Shown here in pieces: positions 40,474 through 49,738 of a stretch of DNA of 64,000 bases (positions are counted from its first letter, which is position 1; each line of letters starts with the position of its first letter). The notes beneath the pieces were generated by a model, which was not told the origin of the DNA, ran no database searches, and was given only the letters and a program-made list of their open reading frames with translations. The stretch comes from an uncultured Acidimicrobiaceae bacterium (GTDB lineage Bacteria > Actinomycetota > Acidimicrobiia > Acidimicrobiales > Bog-793), in assembly GCA_963803025.1 (NCBI GenBank), contig CAWDKZ010000022.1, positions 11,917 to 75,916 of the forward strand, read 5' to 3'. The position numbers and the translations under genes are program-made.

Positions 40474-41082
40474 TTAGGTGCTCGCTTCGGAGTCGTCGAC
40501 CGGCAGCGACGGGAGTTCCAGGTCGGCGAGGCGCACGAGCGCCGAGGCGACCCAGCGGGCGAGCGGCGCGACCTGGCCGTCGAGCCTCTCGGGTTCCTCG
40601 AGCACGGAGTCGCTCAGCCGGTAGGTGCCCTGGTAGGCGATCTCGATCGCCGAGGTCGCCGATCCCGGCGCGGCGTCGAAGGCCTGCTCGATGGTGATGC
40701 CGCTGCGCTCGAGTGGCTCACCGGCCAGTTCGGGGCGGCTGTCGCCGACCGCGGCAAGCACGACCGCGGCGTCGGGGACGCCGGCGAGGCGCTGGAGCCG
40801 CAGCGTCACCTCGACGACGAGCTCGGGTCGCTCCGCGGCTGGTTCGCCGATCGACCAGCTCCGGTAGGCGCTCTGGCTCCATGTCGGCCACTCGAGTCCG
40901 AGGTCGGCGCGGACGCGTGGCGGATTCTGCTCGCCGGGGAGCGAGAACGAGGTCTCGAAGGCGATGTCGCCGAGGAAGACGTCGACCTGGAAGCGTTCCT
41001 CGATGGCCTGCTGCTCCAGGAGCGCGCCTTCGAGCGCCTCGCGGAGCGCGCCGATCACGTCGAGGAGGATGTGGTCGATCAC
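40474..41082 (-). CDS. hypothetical acidic protein (202 aa)
   Basis: The ORF shows very strong GC3 bias throughout. I recognise no family. Confidence 0.65.
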   Translation of the reverse strand: MIDHILLDVIGALREALEGALLEQQAIEERFQVDVFLGDIAFETSFSLPGEQNPPRVRADLGLEWPTWSQSAYRSWSIGEPAAERPELVVEVTLRLQRLAGVPDAAVVLAAVGDSRPELAGEPLERSGITIEQAFDAAPGSATSAIEIAYQGTYRLSDSVLEEPERLDGQVAPLARWVASALVRLADLELPSLPVDDSEAST

Positions 41083-41330
41083 CGAGTCAGAGGCTATCGG
41101 TGCTGGCCGGGTCGGCGCGGACCTTCCCGCGTGGGGCCGTTAGCGTGTTTTCGGCCCGACGACGGCGGCAGGCGAAGTAGTAGCGTCGCCTTCGTAAATC
41201 GGCAGAGCGGTTCGGCATCAGCGACGGGGCGACCAACGGCGGACCGGATGTGACTGCACCTCCGGGCGGGCGAGCGCCCACCAGTCGCGGCCGACCGGTG
41301 CATACGTGAACCCAGCTCTAAGGAGGGCTA

Positions 41331-42506
41331 ATGGTTTCTCATGGCCTCAGTGATCCACTCACTCGGGTGGGTCATCACCGGCGGATGCCAGGAATTCGGG
41401 CGATCGTCCTCGTCTCGACGCTCACGCTCGTTGCGGGCGTGGTCTCGACCGGCGTCGCGTCGGCAACCGCGGTTGCGCGTCACCGCGCCCCGGCGGTCGT
41501 CAAGCACGCCAGCTCGTTCCTCGCCTGCGAAGTGACCGACACGGGAGGAATCAACGACCGTTCGTTCAACGCTTCGGCGTGGCAGGGCCTCAAGGCTGCC
41601 AAGGCGGCGGACCCGTCGATGACGATCCGCTACCTGTCGTCGACGTCGTCGAGCGACTACGTGCCGAACATCGCCACCTTCATCGGTGATCACTGCGGCA
41701 TCATCATCACGGTCGGCTTCCTGATGGGTCCGGCGACCGAGGCCGCGGCGAAGGCCCACCCGAAGCAGGACTTCGCGATCGTCGACTACAGCTACACGCC
41801 GCCGGTCAAGAACATCGACTCCCTGCTCTACGAGACGAACCAGGACGCCTTCCTCGGAGGATTCCTCGCTGCCGCGATGAGCAGGACGGGCAAGGTCGGC
41901 ACCTTCGGCGGCGAGGACATCCCGACCGTCACGATCTACATGGACGGCTGGGTGGCCGGTGTCCGCTACTTCGACAAGGTCGACCACAAGCACGTCGTCG
42001 CGCTCGGCTGGACCCCGAAGCCGAACCGCACGGCGGGCAGCTTCGACGGCACCGGCCTGTTCACCGGCTCGTTCACGAGCCAGGCGGCGGGCAAGACCGA
42101 CGCGACGTCGGAGATCCAGCAGGGTGCTGACGACATCTTCTCGGTCGCCGGTTCGGTCGGTCTCGGAGCGGCAGCCGCGGTGAAGGCCGCGGGACACGGC
42201 GTCACGATGGAGTGGGTCGACACCGACGGCTGCGTTTCTGCGCCGACGTACTGCTCGCTCTTCATCACCAGTGTGACCAAGGGGATCGTCGCCTCGGTGG
42301 AGAACGCCGCCCTTTCTACGGCTCATGGCACGTTCAAGGGCGGCAACTACTACGGCACGCTCGCCAATGGCGGCGTCGCGCTGTCCCCGTACCACGACTA
42401 CGCCAGCGTGATCCCGAAGGCCCTGCAAGCGGGTCTGAACACGATCAAAGGACTGATCATCGCGGGGAAGATCTCGGTCGACCCGAACTCCTACCCGGCG
42501 AGCTAG
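41331..42506 (+). CDS. BMP-family (PnrA/Med-like) ABC substrate-binding lipoprotein, nucleoside-binding type
   Basis: AAGGAGGG lies 5 nt upstream of ATG 41331. A signal-like hydrophobic stretch is followed by FLACEVTDTGGINDRSFN, then FGGEDIPTV. Confidence 0.88.
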   Translation: MVSHGLSDPLTRVGHHRRMPGIRAIVLVSTLTLVAGVVSTGVASATAVARHRAPAVVKHASSFLACEVTDTGGINDRSFNASAWQGLKAAKAADPSMTIRYLSSTSSSDYVPNIATFIGDHCGIIITVGFLMGPATEAAAKAHPKQDFAIVDYSYTPPVKNIDSLLYETNQDAFLGGFLAAAMSRTGKVGTFGGEDIPTVTIYMDGWVAGVRYFDKVDHKHVVALGWTPKPNRTAGSFDGTGLFTGSFTSQAAGKTDATSEIQQGADDIFSVAGSVGLGAAAAVKAAGHGVTMEWVDTDGCVSAPTYCSLFITSVTKGIVASVENAALSTAHGTFKGGNYYGTLANGGVALSPYHDYASVIPKALQAGLNTIKGLIIAGKISVDPNSYPAS

Positions 42507-42522
42507 TCGGCTCCTCGGGCCG

Positions 42523-42619
42523 CAGCCCGGGTCCGGATCCCGGACCCGGGCTGTAACGAACCGATACCACTGACGACATCTCGGACAGGAGGCCGGGCCG
42601 GCGCGGCCCGGCCTCCTGT
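42523..42619 (+). terminator. two strong GC hairpins between the binding-protein gene and the ATPase gene (attenuator / mRNA-stabilising structures)
   Basis: Hairpin 1 at 42523-42552 is CAGCCCGGGTCCGG-AT-CCGGACCCGGGCTG (14 bp, perfect). Hairpin 2 at 42585-42619 is ACAGGAGGCCGGGCC-GGCGC-GGCCCGGCCTCCTGT (15 bp, perfect), followed by TT. Confidence 0.6.
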
Positions 42620-42637
42620 TGCCGGTTCGAGGTAGCC

Positions 42638-44194
42638 GTGAAGCTTGAGCTGTTCGGGATCACGAAGACCTTCGGATCCCTCGTCGCCGACGACCACGTC
42701 GATCTCAGCGTCGAGCCCGGTGAGATCCACGCGCTCCTGGGTGAGAACGGCGCGGGCAAGACGACGCTGATGAACGTGTTGTTCGGCTTCATGCACCCCG
42801 ACTCGGGCGAGATCGCCCTCGACGGCGAGGTCCTGCAGTTCCCGGACCCCGGCGCGGCCGTCCGGCACGGCATCGGCATGGTCCACCAGCACTTCATGCT
42901 CGTGCCGGTGTTCACCGTCGCCGAGAACGTCGTGCTGGGGTTCGAGCCGACCCATCGCTTCGGTCTACTCGACCGGCGCAAGGCACGGGCGGAGATCCGC
43001 CGGATCTCCGAGGAGTTCGGACTCGAGGTCGACCCGGACGCCGTCGTCGAGGAGCTTCCCGTCGGGGTCCAGCAGCGCGTCGAGATCCTGAAGGCGCTCT
43101 CGCGCGACGCCCAGCTCCTCATCCTCGACGAGCCGACCTCGGTGCTCACGCCGCAGGAGACCGAGGCGCTCTTCGAGATCATGCGATCGCTGGCCGCGTC
43201 CGGTCGCTCGATCCTGTTCATCACGCACAAACTGAAAGAGGTCCTCGCCGTCGCCGATCGGATCACCGTCATGCGGCTTGGCGCGGTGATCGGCACGACG
43301 ACCCCCCAGACGACGACGGAGTCCGAGCTCGCCTCGATGATGGTCGGCCGGTCGGTCGAGCTCGTCGTGCGCAAGGAGCCGGCCCGACCGAAAGACGTCG
43401 TGCTCGCCGTGGAGGACCTGACCGTCGAAGACCTGCGCGGGCTGACCGTGGTCGACCACATCAGCTTCGACGTGCGCGCCGGTGAGATCCTCGCTCTCGC
43501 CGGGGTCCAGGGGAACGGGCAGACCGAGATCGAAGAGGCGCTCTGCGGCCTCGTGGAGGTCGTGGCGGGCAAGGTCGTGCTCCTCGGCCGCGACGTCACC
43601 CACGCCACCCCGAGGGCGAGGTTGCGCGCCGGGGTCGCCCACATACCCGAGGACCGGGTGCGGGACGGCCTCGTCGTCTCGATGACGATCGCCGACAACC
43701 TCATCCTCGACGTGTTCGACGTGGCACCCCATGCCCATTTCGGCGCGCGCAAGCTCGGCGAGATCAAGCGCAGCGGGGACGAGAAGCTGAGGGACTTCGA
43801 CATCCGCGCGAACTCCATCGACATGCTCGTTTCGATGTTGTCCGGAGGCAACCAACAGAAGGTGATCGTCGCCCGCGAACTTTCGCGACCGACGACGCTT
43901 CTCGTTGCGGCGCAGCCGACCCGGGGCCTTGACGTCGGTTCGATCGAGTACGTCCACCGGCGCATCGTCGAGGAGCGTGACCGCGGCGCCGCCGTTCTCA
44001 TCATCTCGTCGGAACTCGACGAGGTGCTCGCTCTCGGTGATCGGATCGCCGTGATCTACCGCGGCAGGATCATGGACATCGTCGACCCCTCCGCCGGGCG
44101 CGAAAAGATCGGACTTCTGATGGCAGGCGTGACCGACGACGGGGCAGGGACCGGACCGCCGATCGTCACGACAGCTCCGGGGGTCGGAGCGTGA
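42638..44194 (+). CDS. ABC transporter ATP-binding protein (duplicated ABC domains; sugar/nucleoside uptake type)
   Basis: GENGAGKTT (Walker A) and a second-domain signature LSGGNQQK are present. It is 518 aa. Confidence 0.92.
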   Translation: MKLELFGITKTFGSLVADDHVDLSVEPGEIHALLGENGAGKTTLMNVLFGFMHPDSGEIALDGEVLQFPDPGAAVRHGIGMVHQHFMLVPVFTVAENVVLGFEPTHRFGLLDRRKARAEIRRISEEFGLEVDPDAVVEELPVGVQQRVEILKALSRDAQLLILDEPTSVLTPQETEALFEIMRSLAASGRSILFITHKLKEVLAVADRITVMRLGAVIGTTTPQTTTESELASMMVGRSVELVVRKEPARPKDVVLAVEDLTVEDLRGLTVVDHISFDVRAGEILALAGVQGNGQTEIEEALCGLVEVVAGKVVLLGRDVTHATPRARLRAGVAHIPEDRVRDGLVVSMTIADNLILDVFDVAPHAHFGARKLGEIKRSGDEKLRDFDIRANSIDMLVSMLSGGNQQKVIVARELSRPTTLLVAAQPTRGLDVGSIEYVHRRIVEERDRGAAVLIISSELDEVLALGDRIAVIYRGRIMDIVDPSAGREKIGLLMAGVTDDGAGTGPPIVTTAPGVGA

Positions 44195-45477
44195 GCGACG
44201 CGGGGATCACCATCGGAGCCGCCGCCCCAGCCGCGGGCGAGAGGACCGCCTCGGCCCACGCGCCGAGGCAGTGGGGCCGGTTCTTCCACTGGATGGTCGA
44301 GGCGAACGTCGTCATGGTGACGGCGCTCGCCATCTTCAGTGGCCTGTTCGTCGGGGCGATCCTCATCATCGTCACCCAGCCGAACGTGCTCCACGCCTGG
44401 GCGGGGCTCTTCAGCCATCCCGGGACCACGGTGAGCGTGACGTTCTTCACGGTCGGCGACGCCTACCGTGACCTGTTCACCGGTTCGCTTGGCGACCCGT
44501 TCGTGTTCGGCCACGCCATCCGCACAGGACAAGGCTGGACCCAGGCGCTCACGCCCATCAGCGAGACGCTGCTCTACGCGTCGCCGTTGTGTCTCGCGGG
44601 ACTTGGCGTCGGGCTCGGCTTCCGAACCGGCATGTTCAACATCGGCGGTCAAGGCCAGCTCATCGGCGGGGCGATGGCGGCGAGCTACGTGGGTTTCGAG
44701 ATCAACCCTCCGGCTATCATCCACATCCCTTTGTGCATCCTCGCCGGGTTCGCCGGGGGCGCGGTGGTGGGTTTCGTCCCGGGATTCTTGAAGGCACGCA
44801 CCGGTGCGCACGAAGTGATCGTGACGATCATGCTCAACTACGTCATGCTGAACCTGCTTGTCCTCGCTCTGACGACCCAGCCGTTCCAGCAGCCCGGTCA
44901 GCAGAACGCCGTCGGAAGGACAATCTTTGGCGGCGCACAGCTTCCTCGCATCTTTGGCCACAACCTGCGGGTGAACCTCGGGGTCCTCATCGCCGTAGTC
45001 TGTGCCCTCGGCGTCTCCTGGCTCCTGCGGCGGGGCACGCTCGGCTTCGGCTTCCGCGTGGTGGGTGCGAACCCGAACGCGGCGCGCGTCGCGGGCATCA
45101 ACATCCGTCGGGCGACGATCCTCGTGCTCGTGATCTCGGGCGGGCTCTGCGGATTGGCGGGGATGACATCGCTCTGTGGGGCGGACTACTTCCTCTCCTC
45201 CGGCTACGGGGGGACCGTCGGCTTCGACTGCATCACCGTCGCGCTGCTTGGCCGGAACCGCCCGGTCGGCATCGTCCTCGGATCGCTCCTCTTTGCCGCG
45301 CTCAACGTCGGCGGGCGGTACATGCAGGCGTCGACGGGGATCCCGCTCGACCTCGCCTCGGTCATCCAGGCGATCATCGTGTTCTTCGTGGCCACGCCGG
45401 GCCTCGTCAACGAGGTCTACCGGCTGCGGGGGATGAACGTCGGCCAGGGACTTTTGACGAGGGGTTGGGCAGCGTGA
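44191..45477 (+). CDS. ABC transporter permease
   Basis: The start overlaps the ATPase stop (GTGA). It is a polytopic, BPD-type permease of CUT2/nucleoside systems. Confidence 0.88.
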   Translation: MSDAGITIGAAAPAAGERTASAHAPRQWGRFFHWMVEANVVMVTALAIFSGLFVGAILIIVTQPNVLHAWAGLFSHPGTTVSVTFFTVGDAYRDLFTGSLGDPFVFGHAIRTGQGWTQALTPISETLLYASPLCLAGLGVGLGFRTGMFNIGGQGQLIGGAMAASYVGFEINPPAIIHIPLCILAGFAGGAVVGFVPGFLKARTGAHEVIVTIMLNYVMLNLLVLALTTQPFQQPGQQNAVGRTIFGGAQLPRIFGHNLRVNLGVLIAVVCALGVSWLLRRGTLGFGFRVVGANPNAARVAGINIRRATILVLVISGGLCGLAGMTSLCGADYFLSSGYGGTVGFDCITVALLGRNRPVGIVLGSLLFAALNVGGRYMQASTGIPLDLASVIQAIIVFFVATPGLVNEVYRLRGMNVGQGLLTRGWAA

Positions 45478-45523
45478 GAGGGCGCGCACTGCTCGACGGG
45501 CGTGACCCGCGGGGAGCACGGAC

Positions 45524-46816
45524 GTGACCGCGGTCGCGCTCGTGAGCGGGAAGCGGGCCGCATCCACCGAGGCGCGCATCGTCACGGTCGGACTACGGCG
45601 GGGGATGGGGATCTTTCTCGTCCTCATCTCGGCGTTGATGCTGTTCACGTTCGGTCTCGCCGTCTCACCCCACGATGAGACGACGTTCCAACTCACCTCG
45701 ATGTACTCGACGGCGTGGTACCTCGCGCCCTTGCACTTCCCGGTGCGCGAGACGTCGATCGTGATGGCCGCCGTCTGCGCGGCACTCGGTATTTGGCTTG
45801 TCATCCGGCGCCAGACCCGCGGCAGCTACTTCATCTTCAGCGTCGGGATCGTGCTGTTCCTGTGGTCGTTCCTCGCCTGGGCGGCGCGCAACAACTCGCT
45901 CAACCTCGTCGGGATGATCGGCGTCACACTGATCTCGGCGGTGCCGATCATCTTCGGGTCGATGTCGGGCGTGATGTGCGAGCGCTCGGGGGTCATCAAC
46001 GTCGCGATCGAGGGGCAGTTCCTCATGGGCGCGTTCATCGCCGCGATGATCGCGAGCGCCTCGGGAAATCTGTGGCTCGGGCTCGTGTGCGGGGCACTCG
46101 CCGGCGGGCTGCTCGGCGGGCTGCTCGCCTTTCTGTCGCTGCGCTACGCCGCCGACCAGATCATCGTCGGCATCGTCATCAACGCCTTCGCCCTGGGGCT
46201 GACGAATTACCTCACGGACACCCTGCTCGTCCCGTACCAGAACACACTGAACTCCGGGCCGATCTTCTCGCCGATCGCGATCCCCGTCCTCGACAAGATC
46301 CCGATCATCGGTCCGGACATCTTCGACCAGAACCTCTTCGTCTACATCGCGGCGATCCTCCTCGTCGCGCTCACGACGGGTCTCTTCCGCACCCGTTGGG
46401 GACTGCGGGTCCGGGCGGTCGGCGAGCACCCCGAGGCCGCCGAGACGGTCGGGATCCGCGTGCTCAGTGTCCGCTACCGCAACGTCATCTGGGGCGGCGT
46501 AATCGCCGGTATCGGCGGGGCCGCGTTCACGATCGGCTCCACAGGCGAGTTCTCCTCGGACATGACCGCGGGCCTCGGCTTCGTGGCGCTCGCGGCGATG
46601 ATCTTCGGTCGCTGGCGCCCCTACGGGGGGCTCTTGGCGGCGTTGCTCTTCGGGTTCTCGAACTCGCTCCAGGCGACGCTCGCCGTGTTGAACGTGCCGA
46701 TCAACTCGAACATCTTGATCATGGCGCCCTACCTCATCACGATCGCCGTCGTTTCGGGCCTCGTCGGCAGGGTTCGCGCCCCCGCCAACGACGGCAAGCC
46801 GTACCGCCCGCAGTAG
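45524..46816 (+). CDS. ABC transporter permease
   Basis: This is the second polytopic permease of the same operon. Confidence 0.88.
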   Translation: MTAVALVSGKRAASTEARIVTVGLRRGMGIFLVLISALMLFTFGLAVSPHDETTFQLTSMYSTAWYLAPLHFPVRETSIVMAAVCAALGIWLVIRRQTRGSYFIFSVGIVLFLWSFLAWAARNNSLNLVGMIGVTLISAVPIIFGSMSGVMCERSGVINVAIEGQFLMGAFIAAMIASASGNLWLGLVCGALAGGLLGGLLAFLSLRYAADQIIVGIVINAFALGLTNYLTDTLLVPYQNTLNSGPIFSPIAIPVLDKIPIIGPDIFDQNLFVYIAAILLVALTTGLFRTRWGLRVRAVGEHPEAAETVGIRVLSVRYRNVIWGGVIAGIGGAAFTIGSTGEFSSDMTAGLGFVALAAMIFGRWRPYGGLLAALLFGFSNSLQATLAVLNVPINSNILIMAPYLITIAVVSGLVGRVRAPANDGKPYRPQ

Positions 46817-46823
46817 GCGGTCT

Positions 46824-47753
46824 TCAGCGCGCCGGCCGCGCGCCGGGGGTCGCGATCGCCCGCGCCGCGGCGGCGAGGCCCGCGGTAAGGGCGTCTCCCG
46901 CCGGCGAGTCGGCGAGCCAGGCGGCGAGGAACGTCCCGGTGAAGGCGTCGCCGGCCCCGGTCGTGTCGACCACCACACCGCGGGGCGCGGGGAGGATGAG
47001 CGCCGGCGTGCCGTCCTTCGACCAGAGCGCGCCAAGCGGGCCGAGGGTGAGGACGACCTCGCCGAAGTGCGCACCGAGTCGGCGCGCGACCGCCTCGGGG
47101 TCCTGTTCACCCGTGAGCACACGGCCCTCGTCGAGATTCGCACAGCACAGGTCGATCCCGTTGGTCCACGACAGGAACTCCTCCGCGCCGATCCTCGCGA
47201 GCGGACCCGCCGAGGAGGGGTCGAGCGAGCGCGACATCCCCGATCGTTCGCTCCGGCGGAGGATCTCGATCGCGGCGTCGCGGGTCTCGTCGTCGAGCAG
47301 TTCGTAGCCGGAGAGGTGGAGGTGATCTCCGGGCCGGAAGAGCGTCGCGGGCAGCCGAGCCGTCGTCAGGGCGAGATTCGCGCCCCGGTCGGTGAGCATC
47401 GAGCGCTGTCCCAACTCGTCGACGACCGAGACGACGACGCCGCTCTGCCGGTCGGGAACTCGGACGAGGTGCGCCGTGACCCCCTCGGCGCGTAGGGTGT
47501 GTCTCGACGCACGGCCAAGATCATCGTCGCCGACCACGCCGACGAGGTGCACCTCGACGCCGCAGCGGGCGAGCCAAACCGCCTGATTCGCAGCCGATCC
47601 GCCCGGCGCGATCGTGATCGACGACGGCGTGTCGCTTGCCGGGGCGAAAGTCGCGTGCTCGCGCACGATGACGTCGGTCATGACGTCGCCGACGACGACG
47701 ACCCGCCGCGCGGCACCGGGGCGCGCGCCTCTCCTTCGGCCGCGGATCCTCAC
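46824..47753 (-). CDS. PfkB-family carbohydrate kinase, probable pseudouridine kinase
   Basis: VVVVGDVMTDVIV and VDTTGAGDAFTGTFLAAW are present. Its GTG start overlaps the psuG stop (GTGA). Confidence 0.8.
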   Translation of the reverse strand: MRIRGRRRGARPGAARRVVVVGDVMTDVIVREHATFAPASDTPSSITIAPGGSAANQAVWLARCGVEVHLVGVVGDDDLGRASRHTLRAEGVTAHLVRVPDRQSGVVVSVVDELGQRSMLTDRGANLALTTARLPATLFRPGDHLHLSGYELLDDETRDAAIEILRRSERSGMSRSLDPSSAGPLARIGAEEFLSWTNGIDLCCANLDEGRVLTGEQDPEAVARRLGAHFGEVVLTLGPLGALWSKDGTPALILPAPRGVVVDTTGAGDAFTGTFLAAWLADSPAGDALTAGLAAAARAIATPGARPAR

Positions 47754-48700
47754 GGCGCGGTCTTCCTCGGCGGGCGCGGCGCCGCGGCGAGCGCCACCGC
47801 GATCCGGGCGGCGAGCACGGCGTTGCGCCGCACGATGGCGCGATTGACGCGCACGCTCTCACCGGCCGTCGCCGCGGCAAGGCGCGCGAGGAGGAACGGC
47901 GTCACGTCCTTGCCCGACACGTGCGCGGCCTCGGCGAGACGGAGCGCTTCGGCGAGGGCGGCGTCGTGGCGCACCGGGGCGAGCTCATCGGCTGGGGCGA
48001 CGGGATTGGCGAGCAACATCCCGCCCGGCGCGACCCGGCGGTGCGCGGCGAAGGCGAGGGCGGCCTCCTCGGGTGAGGCGACGCTCCAGTCGAGCCGGTG
48101 TTCGGTGACCGAGACGTAGAAACCCGGGAAGCGCGCGGTGCCGTAGCCGACGACCGGCACGCCGAGGGTTTCGAGGCGTTCCAGCGTGGCGGCGACGTCG
48201 AGGACCGATTTCACGCCCGAGGCGACGACGAGGATGGGGACGTCACGCATCGTCTCGAGGTCAGCCGAGACGTCCCAGGTCTCCTGGGCGTCGCGGTGGA
48301 CGCCGCCGAGCCCTCCCGTCGCCATCACCTCGATGCCCGCGAGTGCGGCGAGGGTAATCGTCCCGGCGACCGTCGTCGCCCCGTCGACGCCGGCGGCGAC
48401 GGCGACGCCGAGGTCACGCCGGCTGAGTTTCGCAACGGCGCCTCCCGGGTCGGCGAGACGCTCGATCTCGGTCGCCGACAACCCGACGGTCGCGACGCCG
48501 GCGACGACGCCGACGGTCGCGGCCTCGGCGCCCTGGTCCCGGACGTCCTGTTCGAGCTGGCGGGCGACCTCGAGGTTCTCCGGGCTCGGCAGCCCGTGGG
48601 CGATCAGTGTCGTCTCGAGCGCGACGACGCCGCGTCCATCGGCCAGGGCTTGGCGCACGTGGTCCCCGAGGCGGAACTGGCGACCTGCGGCGACTTCCAC
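47750..48700 (-). CDS. psuG: pseudouridine-5'-phosphate glycosidase
   Basis: VVALETTLIAHGLPSPENL, ATGGLGGVHR and SGVKSVLD are conserved PsuG blocks. The start is either GTG 48700 (native GC) or ATG 48742, which lies in low-GC island sequence. Confidence 0.88.
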   Translation of the reverse strand: MEVAAGRQFRLGDHVRQALADGRGVVALETTLIAHGLPSPENLEVARQLEQDVRDQGAEAATVGVVAGVATVGLSATEIERLADPGGAVAKLSRRDLGVAVAAGVDGATTVAGTITLAALAGIEVMATGGLGGVHRDAQETWDVSADLETMRDVPILVVASGVKSVLDVAATLERLETLGVPVVGYGTARFPGFYVSVTEHRLDWSVASPEEAALAFAAHRRVAPGGMLLANPVAPADELAPVRHDAALAEALRLAEAAHVSGKDVTPFLLARLAAATAGESVRVNRAIVRRNAVLAARIAVALAAAPRPPRKTAP

Positions 48701-48710
48701 GCGGCGAAAT

Positions 48711-48950
48711 TTATACGTATGGGTGAAACACGAAGCGATCAATTGTTTCTTCTTGTTCGAGGGTCAGTATCGGCTGACCCTTATCCCTTATGACCTCCGC
48801 AATAAGAAACGTTGAGGCAATGACCTCAAACTCTCCTCGCCGGGCGGCCTCAAGAATCTGTCGGGCCGTATCGGCTCTCCCATGCTCACCTTTGATGGCG
48901 GCGATATACACAGAGCTATCTAGATAGGGGCGCTTGTAGCTCGGTTCCAT
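48711..48950 (-). CDS. PIN-domain (VapC-like) protein, C-terminally truncated remnant
   Basis: MEPSYKRPYLDSSVYIAAIKGE...STFLIAEVI carries the first Asp (D11) and the Glu (E52) of the PIN acidic quartet. The ORF stops after 79 aa, exactly at the low-GC/high-GC junction, so the distal acidic residues are missing. Confidence 0.6.
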   Translation of the reverse strand: MEPSYKRPYLDSSVYIAAIKGEHGRADTARQILEAARRGEFEVIASTFLIAEVIRDKGQPILTLEQEETIDRFVFHPYV

Positions 48951-49685
48951 TTAGCTCAACTGCTCGATGTACTCACCGGTTCCCAATCTGCCGGTGAAGT
49001 TCGGATCTAATCCGATCAGATCGTCAACCGATGGCAGTTCTTCTTCGAGGGGCAATGGTTCAAGGATCGGCTTTTCAACCCGTAGCGGTTGACCTCTGCG
49101 ATTGCGGTAGATGATGCCCCGCACGCGCACCCGAGCACCTAGAGCGTCTTTTACGATTGCAAGGTCTTGATGAGGGAACCGGCAAGCAACGGCACGATAC
49201 CACAACTGGTCGTAGACGTTGAACAGATTGCCACCGCGGAAGGAAATGAGCTCAAGCTTTCCGATGACGGACACAATGCCCTTGTTCTTCACGGACATGA
49301 GATCATGAACGTTGGTTGCGGCCTGGCGCGTGACGTGAGCCGACGCATGATCGGCATGACCGTTAAGCGAAATGGCATCAAGGTGGGTCGATTCGTCACT
49401 GGCAAACCACTTCGCCATCGCGCCGACTCGACGTAGGTCGTACTCAACTAAGTAGGGCGGAAGATGATCCCCCTCTTGGATCGTGGCGAGACCGTTCACG
49501 TATTCCGTGCATAGAAATACGGGAAAGTCATCTGCGACGAGGGTAGAGCTTCGAGAGCTGATAATCGTGTCAGTACTTCCATTACGAAGGTCGGCGATAA
49601 GCCATTCGATCTGCGCGGATTGTTGCTTGTCGATGGCGTCGCCAATGCGGCCAAGTGCGCCCGTGGCAGATTGCAGCACGCGCAC
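48951..49685 (-). CDS. hypothetical protein (244 aa), unknown family; possible cognate partner of the PIN ORF
   Basis: Its stop TAA (48953-48951) directly abuts the PIN ATG (48950). The C-terminal third looks beta-rich and OB-like, and the tail is LPSVDDLIGLDPNFTGRLGTGEYIEQLS. The GTG start has no clear SD. The frame is open only 11 codons further upstream, so 5' truncation is possible. Confidence 0.55.
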   Translation of the reverse strand: MRVLQSATGALGRIGDAIDKQQSAQIEWLIADLRNGSTDTIISSRSSTLVADDFPVFLCTEYVNGLATIQEGDHLPPYLVEYDLRRVGAMAKWFASDESTHLDAISLNGHADHASAHVTRQAATNVHDLMSVKNKGIVSVIGKLELISFRGGNLFNVYDQLWYRAVACRFPHQDLAIVKDALGARVRVRGIIYRNRRGQPLRVEKPILEPLPLEEELPSVDDLIGLDPNFTGRLGTGEYIEQLS

Positions 49686-49738
49686 AAACTCATGGACGGG
49701 AATAGTGCCCTCGGGAGCCTAGTGTAGTGTCCCGTGCC

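Larger units (their letters stand above)
48705..49725. other. low-GC (about 50%) inserted island between psuG and cdd
   Basis: A hand count of 48901-49000 gives 51 G+C per 100 nt, against visibly more than 70% in the flanks. The composition switches abruptly at about 48705-48712 and about 49720-49730. The island holds two tightly packed minus-strand ORFs and no integrase. Confidence 0.8.

Noticed and set aside
41083-41330. Purine or ZTP-type riboswitch upstream of the nucleoside-binding lipoprotein gene
   Set aside because: I saw no purine-riboswitch loop motifs and no pfl-type CCGCCUGGGC element. It is probably just a promoter/operator region.
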